A stretch of DNA of 25,368 nucleotides from positions 71,621-96,988 of the forward strand of contig JAHFJJ010000001.1 in the NCBI GenBank assembly GCA_023245895.1, given 5' to 3'. Below, one piece after another: positions 7,231 to 15,600 of the stretch; the stretch's first letter is position 1; each line of letters opens with the position of its first letter. This stretch comes from Candidatus Doudnabacteria bacterium (lineage in GTDB: Bacteria > Patescibacteriota > Doudnabacteria > UBA920). The position numbers and the translations under genes are program-made. The notes under the pieces are model-generated. The model was given only the letters and a program-made list of their open reading frames with translations. It had not been told where the DNA came from and made no database searches.

Positions 7231-7280
7231 ATCTTGTTCAATAATGGTCAATCTTGTCAATTAATCTGCTCTTGTCAAAA
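7231..7280. promoter_or_regulatory. three direct repeats of (a)tcttgt(t)caa spaced about 20 bp apart in the divergent tdh / small-ORF intergenic region
   Basis: The copies are atcttgttcaa (7231), atcttgtcaa (7251) and ctcttgtcaaaa (7269). The third overlaps the -35 of the plus-strand promoter. Confidence 0.3.
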
Positions 7281-7300
7281 ATCAGCGCTTTCATTATAAT
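7272..7300 (+). promoter_or_regulatory. sigma70-type promoter (TTGTCA-17 nt-TATAAT) for the small plus-strand gene
   Basis: -35 TTGTCA at 7272-7277, an exact 17-nt spacer, and a perfect -10 TATAAT at 7295-7300. AGGAGG follows at 7323-7328 and the ATG is at 7333. Confidence 0.6.
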
Positions 7301-7332
7301 TTGTGTGGTTAGTATGTTTAGAAGGAGGGGAT

Positions 7333-7659
7333 ATGTTTCGAAAAATTCTGCTGCTATTTCAGCACCAGCCCAAGAGAAAGGTGCTTTACCACGACCTTTT
7401 GTGCCAATATTGGCCAACAAAGATCAAGCACAGGACAAACCCTGTTACTGTGTTCGTCATTGGGCACGACGGGCGGATGCGGTCAATTCCATGCGGACTG
7501 GATCCCGGCCGCAACTTTTATAACCTTGTAAAAGAAGTGTTGGCCTACGAAGGCGTTGACTGTGAGAGAACACCCCTTGGTCATTGGCAGCTCGTCGATG
7601 TCATCACAGATAAACCCGGAGACGACATTGTCGTTTTACAAAGAGGAAAGGCGGCCTAA
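7333..7659 (+). CDS. small Cys-containing hypothetical protein (108 aa)
   Basis: It has a canonical promoter, an SD and an ATG. It is the only plus-strand gene among minus-strand genes here. A rho-independent terminator follows it. It contains five Cys (CQYW, PCGLD, DCERT). Confidence 0.6.
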   Translation: MFRKILLLFQHQPKRKVLYHDLLCQYWPTKIKHRTNPVTVFVIGHDGRMRSIPCGLDPGRNFYNLVKEVLAYEGVDCERTPLGHWQLVDVITDKPGDDIVVLQRGKAA

Positions 7660-7719
7660 GAATGGAACACTTGTTTTTGGGCAGTTTGTTGGAGATTCTT
7701 TCCGACGAACTGCCCTGCC

Positions 7720-7742
7720 CCCCCATCTTGATGGGTTTTTTA
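7720..7742 (+). terminator. rho-independent terminator for the small plus-strand gene
   Basis: The stem cccatc/gatggg (7722-7735) is followed by TTTTTTT (7736-7742). Confidence 0.6.
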
Positions 7743-7757
7743 TTTGTCAAAATACTT

Positions 7758-9572
7758 TTACTCAACTGTAACGCTCTTAGCCAAATTCCTTGGTCTATCG
7801 ACATCCCGGCCTAATGCTACTGATACATGATAGGCAAATAACTGGAGCGGGATGGTATTTAAAAGCGGTTCAAGCAGTTCCATAGTTTTTGGCAAATAAA
7901 TAATTTCATCAGCAACCTCTTTTGCCTCTTCATCGCCTTGTGTCGCGATAATTAAAGTTCTGGCCCCGCGGGCGCGGACTTCCTGGATGCTACTTTTCAT
8001 TTTTTCATATAACTGGTTTTTGGTCAAAATAGCCACCACCGGTACGTCTTTGCTTACTAACGCAAGCGGCCCGTGCTTTAGCGCGCCGCCAGCCAAGCCT
8101 TCGGCGTGGATGTAGGAAATTTCCTCAAGCTTCAAAGCGCCTTCCAAAGCCACGGGGTAATTTACGCCCCTGCCAATGAATAAAATATTTTTGTAATCTT
8201 TATAGATGTTGGCAATTTTTTTAATTTCTTCGTTCTGCTTTAAAATTTCATTCATCTTTTCGCTAATTTCCAAAAGCGATTGCAACATCCTCTGTCCTGT
8301 GGCCAGTGAGGTATGCTTAAGGCGTCCAAATTGTAAAGCGTACAATAGTAGAACCGCTGTCATGTTTGTATAGGCTTTAGTAGATGCCACCGCAAGCTCC
8401 GGGCCGGCGTGGATGTAAGTGCCGGCGCCGGTCTCGCGCGCAATGGTTGAGCCCACAACATTTACAATTCCCCTAACCTGCCCGCCCTTTCTTTTGGCTT
8501 CGCGCGCGGCCATTAGCGTGTCGGCGGTTTCTCCGGATTGCGAAATTACAAAAACCAAAGTGTCTTTGTTTACAATCGGGTCGCGGTAGCGGAATTCGGA
8601 TGAAAAATCCACTTCGGTGGGGATGTTCGCCAAACGTTCAAAAGCGTATTTGCCAATAAGCCCGGCATGCCTGGCCGTGCCTTCGGCAATTATCATTATC
8701 CTTTTGACTTTCCGCATTTCTTCTTCGGTCAAATTAAGCCCGCCCATTTTTGCCGTGCCTTCTTCCATGTCTATCCTGCCCCTAAGCGCGTCTTCAAAAA
8801 CTTCTTTCTGGTCAAAAATTTCCTTGAGCATAAAATTCTCAAAACCGCCTTTTTGCGCCTTAGCCTGGTCCCAGTCTATTTCCGTAATATTTTTGCTGAT
8901 GACTTCATTACGCAAGTTAAAAATTTTCAATTCAGAATTGATGGATGCAATCTCACCGTCATCTAAAAAGGTCACGCGCTTGGTAAACGGCAGCATTGGC
9001 GTTACATCGGACGCGATATAAAATTCATTTTCACCAATACCCACGGCCAAAGGACTGCCTAAACGCGCGGCGACCAGCTGGTGCGGATGGTCTGCGTGCA
9101 TAACTACAAGCCCGTATGTACCCCGAATTCCGGGTAAGGCATCTTTTACCGCCTGCACTAAATCGCCTTTATAATTTTGGTAAATCCATTTGGCCAAAAC
9201 CTCCGTGTCGGTTTGCGATTCGTAATTTTTGTCTTGGATTTTTTCTTTCAACTCCCGGTAATTTTCAATTATGCCATTATGGACAATAGCCATTCTGCCA
9301 TCCACAATATGCGGATGTGCATTAAATTCTGTCACTCCCCCGTGGGTTGCCCAGCGTGTGTGCGCGACGCCAATTGTTCCCGGCAACTTCTTGCCTTCCA
9401 GTTTTTGCGATAGCTTGTCCACCTTGCCCACTTCCCTAACGCGATCGATTTTCCCATTATCCAAAACCGCCACGCCAGCGCTGTCGTAGCCTCTATATTC
9501 CAAATCGCGCAATCCTTGTAAAAGGATAGGCAAAACCTGTTTATTTCCAACGTATCCGACTATACCGCACAT
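7758..9572 (-). CDS. glmS: glutamine--fructose-6-phosphate aminotransferase (isomerising)
   Basis: 604 aa. It has the N-terminal MCGIVGYVG Ntn-amidotransferase start with the nucleophile Cys2, two SIS domains, and the C-terminal ...VTVE tail. It is full length relative to E. coli GlmS (609 aa). Confidence 0.97.
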   Translation of the reverse strand: MCGIVGYVGNKQVLPILLQGLRDLEYRGYDSAGVAVLDNGKIDRVREVGKVDKLSQKLEGKKLPGTIGVAHTRWATHGGVTEFNAHPHIVDGRMAIVHNGIIENYRELKEKIQDKNYESQTDTEVLAKWIYQNYKGDLVQAVKDALPGIRGTYGLVVMHADHPHQLVAARLGSPLAVGIGENEFYIASDVTPMLPFTKRVTFLDDGEIASINSELKIFNLRNEVISKNITEIDWDQAKAQKGGFENFMLKEIFDQKEVFEDALRGRIDMEEGTAKMGGLNLTEEEMRKVKRIMIIAEGTARHAGLIGKYAFERLANIPTEVDFSSEFRYRDPIVNKDTLVFVISQSGETADTLMAAREAKRKGGQVRGIVNVVGSTIARETGAGTYIHAGPELAVASTKAYTNMTAVLLLYALQFGRLKHTSLATGQRMLQSLLEISEKMNEILKQNEEIKKIANIYKDYKNILFIGRGVNYPVALEGALKLEEISYIHAEGLAGGALKHGPLALVSKDVPVVAILTKNQLYEKMKSSIQEVRARGARTLIIATQGDEEAKEVADEIIYLPKTMELLEPLLNTIPLQLFAYHVSVALGRDVDRPRNLAKSVTVE

Positions 9573-9581
9573 ACTAGTTAT

Positions 9582-10298
9582 TTAAGTTAATTTTAAAGTT
9601 TTAAATGCCTCGTAAACAATTCTTTGTGAGGAAATTTTTTCTAATATTAATATCTTTTCATCCATAAGCGGCACCGGGCCGACTGGATCAACAAAATCTT
9701 TCAAACTAAATTCACCTAGTGATATAGATTTAATATTATTATACTGTTCGTGATCCTTCCCCCCTACAAAACCAACGATTCTACTTTGATATTGATGCTT
9801 CCCAATGTGTACCGAAGCTTCTCGCGCTATCACTTCGGTATCTACAAAGTCTTTTTTCCTTATTTCGCTTTCAGGAACGGCTACATTGATGCCTGACTCA
9901 GTCTGTAAGTTTATTATGGCCACAGCTCCGGGAGAATCAAAATCTTGCCTGTTCATTTTCTTGAAAGCATAAGAAGCAGCATACATAGCTCCAACATATA
10001 GTGAATTCAGTAGAACCTTTTTATCTTCAGGTCTTTCAAAAAAAGTTGTGACCATTAATGATCTGTCCTCTGTAGTATCTGTTTCCAAAGCTTTTATATG
10101 ATTAATTGCTCTATTTGAAGCTCCATGAAACCCAAAAAACGGAATAGGCCCTTTTTCCATAATTTGTAAAAAAAGACTGTCATTTGTTTCCGCAATTTCC
10201 CTAAGTCTGTCAAGTTCTAAATTATTAATTTCCTCAACTGAAGGAAAATTAAAATCGGTTGGATTTTTTAAATCACTATAACCAATCCTTTCGGGCAT
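9582..10298 (-). CDS. hypothetical protein between the TrmB regulator and glmS
   Basis: 238-aa ORF with no recognisable motif. The gap to glmS is 9 nt and its start overlaps the TrmB stop region, so it is probably in the same operon. Confidence 0.55.
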   Translation of the reverse strand: MPERIGYSDLKNPTDFNFPSVEEINNLELDRLREIAETNDSLFLQIMEKGPIPFFGFHGASNRAINHIKALETDTTEDRSLMVTTFFERPEDKKVLLNSLYVGAMYAASYAFKKMNRQDFDSPGAVAIINLQTESGINVAVPESEIRKKDFVDTEVIAREASVHIGKHQYQSRIVGFVGGKDHEQYNNIKSISLGEFSLKDFVDPVGPVPLMDEKILILEKISSQRIVYEAFKTLKLT

Positions 10299-10301
10299 AA
10301 A

Positions 10302-11054
10302 TTATAATTTATTCCAATTAAATTCAAAAACTAACTTCTGCGTTTCATAAATTGCCTCGTTCTGGATTACCACGCCAACGGGATTTTCTTTTTCATCCAG
10401 CCCCAAATGCGCCACTTTGCCGGCATAAATTATTTCGTGCGTGGATTTTACGTCTTTGCCGCCGGTAGGCATTTTTTTCCTTTCGTCCAGCCCGGCCAAC
10501 TGCCCGCCTTCGCCCAAAGAAATAATTTTCACGCTGATTTTTTTTGCAATCCTCTTTTTACTAAAATCAGGAATGCCTTCGTAAACGTTTTTCCTGTCTT
10601 TTACGGTGGAGGATGAGTATAAATAATAAGTCTTATCGGTTATTTTAGCAACTTCTTCCAAGACGTCTTCCAAAATTAACTTGATCCCCTTCGCGCCTTC
10701 GTATAATTTAACCGTTGGCTTGCCGCCCTGCTTTTCAAATAAGGTTTTAATGAGCGGTAAACTTTGTTCAATATGCCCCCGCACCTCATCCAAGTCTTCT
10801 TTTTTTTGGTCAATGGCGCTTAATAACTTTTCCGGAGGTTCGGCAATAAAATACTGTTTGGATTCCTTATTATAGTAAGAAACAATTCCGGTGCTCATCA
10901 GCGACTTTAAAATATCATAAGCCGTCCCGCGGTTAACCTTGGACTTGGCCGATATATCCCTAACCGACGAAGGTCCAAGTTCTATCAATGCCAAATATAC
11001 AGAGATTTCCTTTTCCGATAACCCAAAATTCTTTAAAATTACCTGGATTTCCAT
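10302..11054 (-). CDS. TrmB-family (sugar-responsive) transcriptional regulator
   Basis: It has an N-terminal winged-HTH (LSEKEISVYLALIELGPSSVRDISAKSKVNRGTAYDILKSLMSTGIV) and a roughly 170-aa C-terminal TrmB-like effector domain. Confidence 0.78.
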   Translation of the reverse strand: MEIQVILKNFGLSEKEISVYLALIELGPSSVRDISAKSKVNRGTAYDILKSLMSTGIVSYYNKESKQYFIAEPPEKLLSAIDQKKEDLDEVRGHIEQSLPLIKTLFEKQGGKPTVKLYEGAKGIKLILEDVLEEVAKITDKTYYLYSSSTVKDRKNVYEGIPDFSKKRIAKKISVKIISLGEGGQLAGLDERKKMPTGGKDVKSTHEIIYAGKVAHLGLDEKENPVGVVIQNEAIYETQKLVFEFNWNKL

Positions 11055-11061
11055 ATAAATG

Positions 11062-11090
11062 ATAATATACCCGATTTGTTAATTTGTCAA
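11062..11090 (-). promoter_or_regulatory. sigma70-type promoter (TTGACA-17 nt-TATTAT) for the TrmB operon, apparently leaderless
   Basis: On the minus strand: TTGACA (rc of 11085-11090), a 17-nt spacer, and TATTAT (rc of 11062-11067). The -10 ends 7 nt before the ATG at 11054, so the TSS should be at or beside the start codon. Confidence 0.5.
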
Positions 11091-11120
11091 GAATTTTCCT
11101 GCAAAAACTGTGCATAAATT

Positions 11121-11148
11121 AAAATATCCTTTAATTAAAGGATATTTT
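11121..11148. terminator. perfect 13-bp inverted repeat aaaatatccttta-att-aaaggatatttt: bidirectional terminator and/or operator
   Basis: A perfect palindrome with AT-runs on both sides. It lies directly after the stop of the 11182..11805 minus-strand gene and upstream of the TrmB promoter. Confidence 0.5.
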
Positions 11149-11181
11149 ATATATAAAAATAACTAAAATTTATCTGCAATA

Positions 11182-11805
11182 CTAGTTAATAGCTTGACTA
11201 CCCAGCTTTCTTATCGCCTTGTAGCCCTTAAAAAGATATATAGTCAAAAAGATTTTTACGAAAAGTCCCGCCACTATAGATCCGCCTCTTCCTGATTCAA
11301 GTGAAGCTTGAACGTAAAAAATTATGTCCAAGGCCAGCAATCCCGTTGCCGCGGCTGCTGCCCAAGCTTTATGCTTGGAAATAAAATAACCTAGAACTAA
11401 AAATATACCCCCTTCTACAGCCGCTGCGTAACCAACCCCTGCATTTAGTAATACTTCTACAGGAGCCAACTCCGCAACCAGGCCCAAAACCGCACTTAAT
11501 CCGCCAATAAAATAAGCCACGCCTTTGGCTTGCTTAATTTGTTCATAGGGGTCTGCGGCAGAACCTGCCAAAGGCTGCCCGTTCCTAAACAGCTGGATTT
11601 CATAACTCAAAAAAATCATTGCCAATTTTATTTTTAAAACCGACGCATCAGGCAACAAAAATTCCTTACCTTGCCTGGCTTCCTTGCCGGTACATTCACC
11701 CAAAACCGCGCCGTTTAATTTAGCTTCAAACTTAGTTTGCGAAAAATTCCAATTTAGCTCCAGCTGCCCTAAATTACCCCCTAAGTCATATTGTTTTTTT
11801 GGCAT
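11182..11805 (-). CDS. hypothetical membrane protein (soluble N-terminal roughly 90 aa plus about 4 TM helices)
   Basis: 207 aa. The C-terminal half is strongly hydrophobic (LSAVLGLVAELAPVEVLLNAGVGYAAAV..., LLALDIIFYV, IVAGLFVKIFLTIYLF). Confidence 0.55.
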   Translation of the reverse strand: MPKKQYDLGGNLGQLELNWNFSQTKFEAKLNGAVLGECTGKEARQGKEFLLPDASVLKIKLAMIFLSYEIQLFRNGQPLAGSAADPYEQIKQAKGVAYFIGGLSAVLGLVAELAPVEVLLNAGVGYAAAVEGGIFLVLGYFISKHKAWAAAAATGLLALDIIFYVQASLESGRGGSIVAGLFVKIFLTIYLFKGYKAIRKLGSQAIN

Positions 11806-11822
11806 ACAAATAGTTAATTTGC

Positions 11823-12353
11823 TTAATTTTTATAAACATAAATCTCATGTTGTTTGGGAAGATAATATTTTTCCGCGTGCGGCATATTGGGAAAAGGAAA
11901 ATCGCGGACAATGGCAATACTGCCAGGTTTCATTTCGGCTTTGAATTTGTCTTCGATTCTTTGCATTAATGGCGGGTATAAATAACAATAGATGATATTC
12001 GCACCTGACCAATTTTCTTTAAAAAAATTATGGCTGGAAAATTCCGCGCGCGATCCCGTCATCAGCTTTTGCAGCTTAGCCCACCAATGCGTCCATAAAG
12101 TCTGTTCAAAGCCTTTAACTTTTGCACCCGATAACTTCTCTACTAAAAATACCACCTTGCCGTTTCCAGAACCCAGGTCATAAAAAATATCTTTTGATGA
12201 TATTTTAAGTTTGTCTACAATAAATTTAACATCGCCGGCGTAAGTCGGCACAAAGGGCACGCGGGTAATTACGAAGCCTACGAAAGCGCTGGCGATTACA
12301 AAAAGCATAAACAGCGCGAACAACAGCATGGCAATAAGAAATACAGTCATCAT
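11823..12353 (-). CDS. membrane-anchored class I SAM-dependent methyltransferase
   Basis: It has an N-terminal TM helix (MMTVFLIAMLLFALFMLFVIASAFVGFVI) and then motif I DLGSGNGKVV of Rossmann-fold methyltransferases. Confidence 0.68.
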   Translation of the reverse strand: MMTVFLIAMLLFALFMLFVIASAFVGFVITRVPFVPTYAGDVKFIVDKLKISSKDIFYDLGSGNGKVVFLVEKLSGAKVKGFEQTLWTHWWAKLQKLMTGSRAEFSSHNFFKENWSGANIIYCYLYPPLMQRIEDKFKAEMKPGSIAIVRDFPFPNMPHAEKYYLPKQHEIYVYKN

Positions 12354-12360
12354 GTCTATA

Positions 12361-12369
12361 ATTATAACA
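12361..12369 (-). promoter_or_regulatory. extended -10 promoter (TGtTATAAT) for the methyltransferase operon, leaderless
   Basis: On the minus strand, TG-T-TATAAT ends 7 nt before the ATG at 12353. Confidence 0.4.
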
Positions 12370-12458
12370 AAAAAAATACTTTTAAGGCTTTAGGCTGATT
12401 TAAAATCGCCGGAGGTTTGGCTGGCGAAGATAAAAAAATATCGGGAGCATCAAAAAAA

Positions 12459-12487
12459 TTGACAAGAGGCTATAAATATGCTAATAT
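12459..12487 (+). promoter_or_regulatory. sigma70-type promoter (TTGACA-17 nt-TAATAT) upstream of the giant surface protein gene
   Basis: TTGACA at 12459-12464, a 17-nt spacer, and TAATAT at 12482-12487. This gives a 5' UTR of about 140 nt before the GTG at 12630. Confidence 0.45.
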
Positions 12488-12629
12488 TATTGTATATTTT
12501 GAATAAAATTCTGCCCAAAATAGTTCGTTAGTAATTAGAAATAAATTACAAATCAAAAACAGCAATGAGGTTCTTTCAGAATCAGCCTCAAGAATTTCAT
12601 CGCGCAAAGATTTTAAAGCAATCAAGTCT

Positions 12630-15600
12630 GTGAGAAACAATTCTAAAATAAAACACAATTTCAGAGCCGGGACTTTTAAAGTTTCATATAGTCCGTTTTT
12701 TAGATTAGGCCTGTTTTTAATGGTCTTTGTTATGCTGTTTCATATCAATCCACAGCAGGCCCAAGCAGCCAATTACACGTTTAGCCAATCCAGCTGGAGC
12801 GGTGGAACAACATCAAGCACAATGGTCCACCCGACTAACGAAACCGGCTGGACGCAGTATTCCACCAGTACCAATATTACCGCGGGCTCAACTATTACTC
12901 TCAATTCAAGCTTTGGAGCAGGCGGCTGGTACTCGACCGGAGGTACTTGGACTTACAGGAAAAAGATAACCATAGACCACACTAAAGTCAGCGGATCGAG
13001 CGCGCTGACTAATTTCCCAATGTTGTTTAACGTAACAGATTCGGATTTAAAATACACAGGCAGCGGAGGCGGGGTCGGCACTACATCTGGAAATGATATT
13101 TTATTTACTTCGTCAGACGGAACAACGCTTTTGAATTATGAAATAGAAAGCTACGCTTCCACTACCGGAGCTACCGCCGCCTGGGTTAATATTCCTTCCC
13201 TCTCCCCGACAACCGACACGACTATTTATATGTACTACGGTAATGCTTCAGCGGCGGCGGAAAGCGCCGGCAACATTACCGGCACTTGGGATTCCAATTT
13301 TAAAGGCGTATGGCACTTTCCCAGCACCACGACCTTGGGCGCTAATGATTCAACCAGCAACGCCAATAATGGATCTTCAACAACTACTACCGCCTCTACC
13401 GGCAAGATTGCTGGAAGCGCGAGTTTTAACGGCTCGGCTTTTATTTCCGTCGGCACCGGCTCGTCTTTGAATATTACTTCCCAGCCCGTTACTGTTTCAT
13501 CCTGGGTCAAACCAAGCAGCCAGCCTCCGACTTTCCAGATGATCTTTGATAAAGATGCTTCATACGCTTTTTTTCTCGACAGCAACAGCCCCCCAACAAA
13601 TTCTCTGGGGTTTAGGTCTAACATTAACGGGTCGATTGTTTACGCAAACAATAATATTATAACCACAGGCAGCTGGCAGCATGTAGCGGCAGTTTACGCT
13701 TCAAACACAGTTTCTTTTTACGTTAACGGCAGCCTGGCTTCAACCACAGCACTTTCAAACGCCTTTTCGTCTAACTCAAACGCGGCGGAAATTGGAAGGA
13801 GATTTACTAACGAACAGTTCTTTAATGGTGATATGGATGAAGTTAGGGTATCCTCTGCCGCCCGTTCCGCCGACTGGATTGCCACGGAATACGCCAACCA
13901 AAATTCGCCGTCAACTTTTCTTTCCGAAGCCTCGGCCGTAACTAATGTAAAAATGCTGGTTTCTTCGCCTTACGATTCCGGCAGTTCTAATAATATTTTA
14001 AACCAGGTTACCTGGACTGAAGATTCAACTTTGCCGGCCAATACTTCCGTGACCCTGGCCCTGCGCACGGGCAGTTCCACAACCACACTGGCCGCGGCAA
14101 GCTGGACCAATATTGCCACCAGCACGCCTTCCACCCTGACTTCCAACTGCAGCAAGGCTTCCGCGACAATTACCTGCAGCGCCGGCGCCATTGCCTCTTC
14201 TCTCAAAGACGGGTCCGGCGACGAATGGTTCCAGTACGCCGTAATTCTTAACAGCAGCGACGGAGTCTACACGCCCACAATTAGCGCGGTATCCGTGCAG
14301 TATGTGGTCAATGGCCCGCCGGATTTTAATTCCAACTACCCAACCGCCAGCGCCGGCGGAGTCTATGCTTACCAAAACGCGACCACCACAGACTCAAGTT
14401 TTGGCAAGGTAATAATCCAATACAGCGTTAGGGATACGGACTCAACCTCGGGCAACAGCACGCCCGGATATGTTACGCCTTCTTTCCAGTACAACATTGG
14501 CGGCAGCTGGACCAGCATAACTTCGGGCTACCTGGCATCTGGCGATTTGAACAACAAAGCCGTAAGCGAGTCCAGCTACACGACTTACCAGGCGACCTGG
14601 GACGCGAAAAGCCAAATCCCTACCAATTACCTGGCGACCGCGCAGGTAAGGGTGACTGTGAATGATAATGAGCTTGCGGGCAACACTGCCACACAAGCCT
14701 CAGCTAACTTTACCTTAGATACAACAAACCCTTCGGCCAGTATTCGTTTAGATGCCAGCAGCAACATAATTTATTCCACCTCAACCGACAGCAGCATTGT
14801 TTCATACTTGCTATCCAACAATTCCACCGGCACGCCCGATTCCTTAAATGCCATAAGCGGCATTTGGCAGTCTGCAAGCAGCACTTCGGTATCAACCTCT
14901 ACTGCCTGGACTTTTGCTTCAACCACTTATCCCACAGTCTACTTCCAGGCCCGCGACGCATACAATAACGGCGCCAGTACTACCGCGGTAGCCCCTTACG
15001 CGCCGACCAACATGGACATAAAAGATATTAGCAATACGGCTACAGGCGTGTACAGGGAATTTATTTCCTGGGGGGTTTATTCCGCAACTTCAAGCGCGGC
15101 CTTTTCCAAATATGAAATTTACCGTTCCACGGATGCCAGCAGCTATTCCCTGCTTAGCACAATTATTGACTCCTCCCTTAATTACTACGCCGACTCGGCG
15201 GTGGCCACTAGCAGCACTTATTACTACAAAATAAGAACGGTAGATACCGACACTGACAACTCCCCCTATTCTTCGGTTGTCAGCGATAAACCGGACGGCC
15301 AGGGCGGGACAGACATAACTGCCCCAACCATAAGCTCGGTAACCGTGGCGCAAACCCAGTCAACCTGGGCAACCATTACCTGGACCACGGATGAGCTGTC
15401 CAACTCCACGGTAGGATATTCCACGACTGCGGGCAGCTGGACATCAAGCCAGTCCTCAACCTCATTTTTGCTTAGCCATTCGGTGACAGTCTCCGGGCTT
15501 TTGCCAAATACCACCTACTACTTTAGGGTCCAGTCCTCGGACATTGTGGGCAACACGGCTACTGACAACAACGGCGGCAACGGATACAGTTTTACAACTG

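Noticed and set aside
7238-7523. Overlapping small ORFs 7238..7420 (minus) and 7254..7523 (plus) in the tdh/glmS intergenic region.
   Set aside because: The plus-strand frame starting at 7333 has a complete promoter, an SD, an ATG and a terminator. The others overlap it or the promoter with no signals of their own.
9573-9581. Checked for a glmS ribozyme or riboswitch upstream of glmS.
   Set aside because: Only 9 nt separate glmS from the preceding gene, so there is no room for the roughly 150-nt ribozyme. Regulation is more likely by the upstream TrmB-family regulator.
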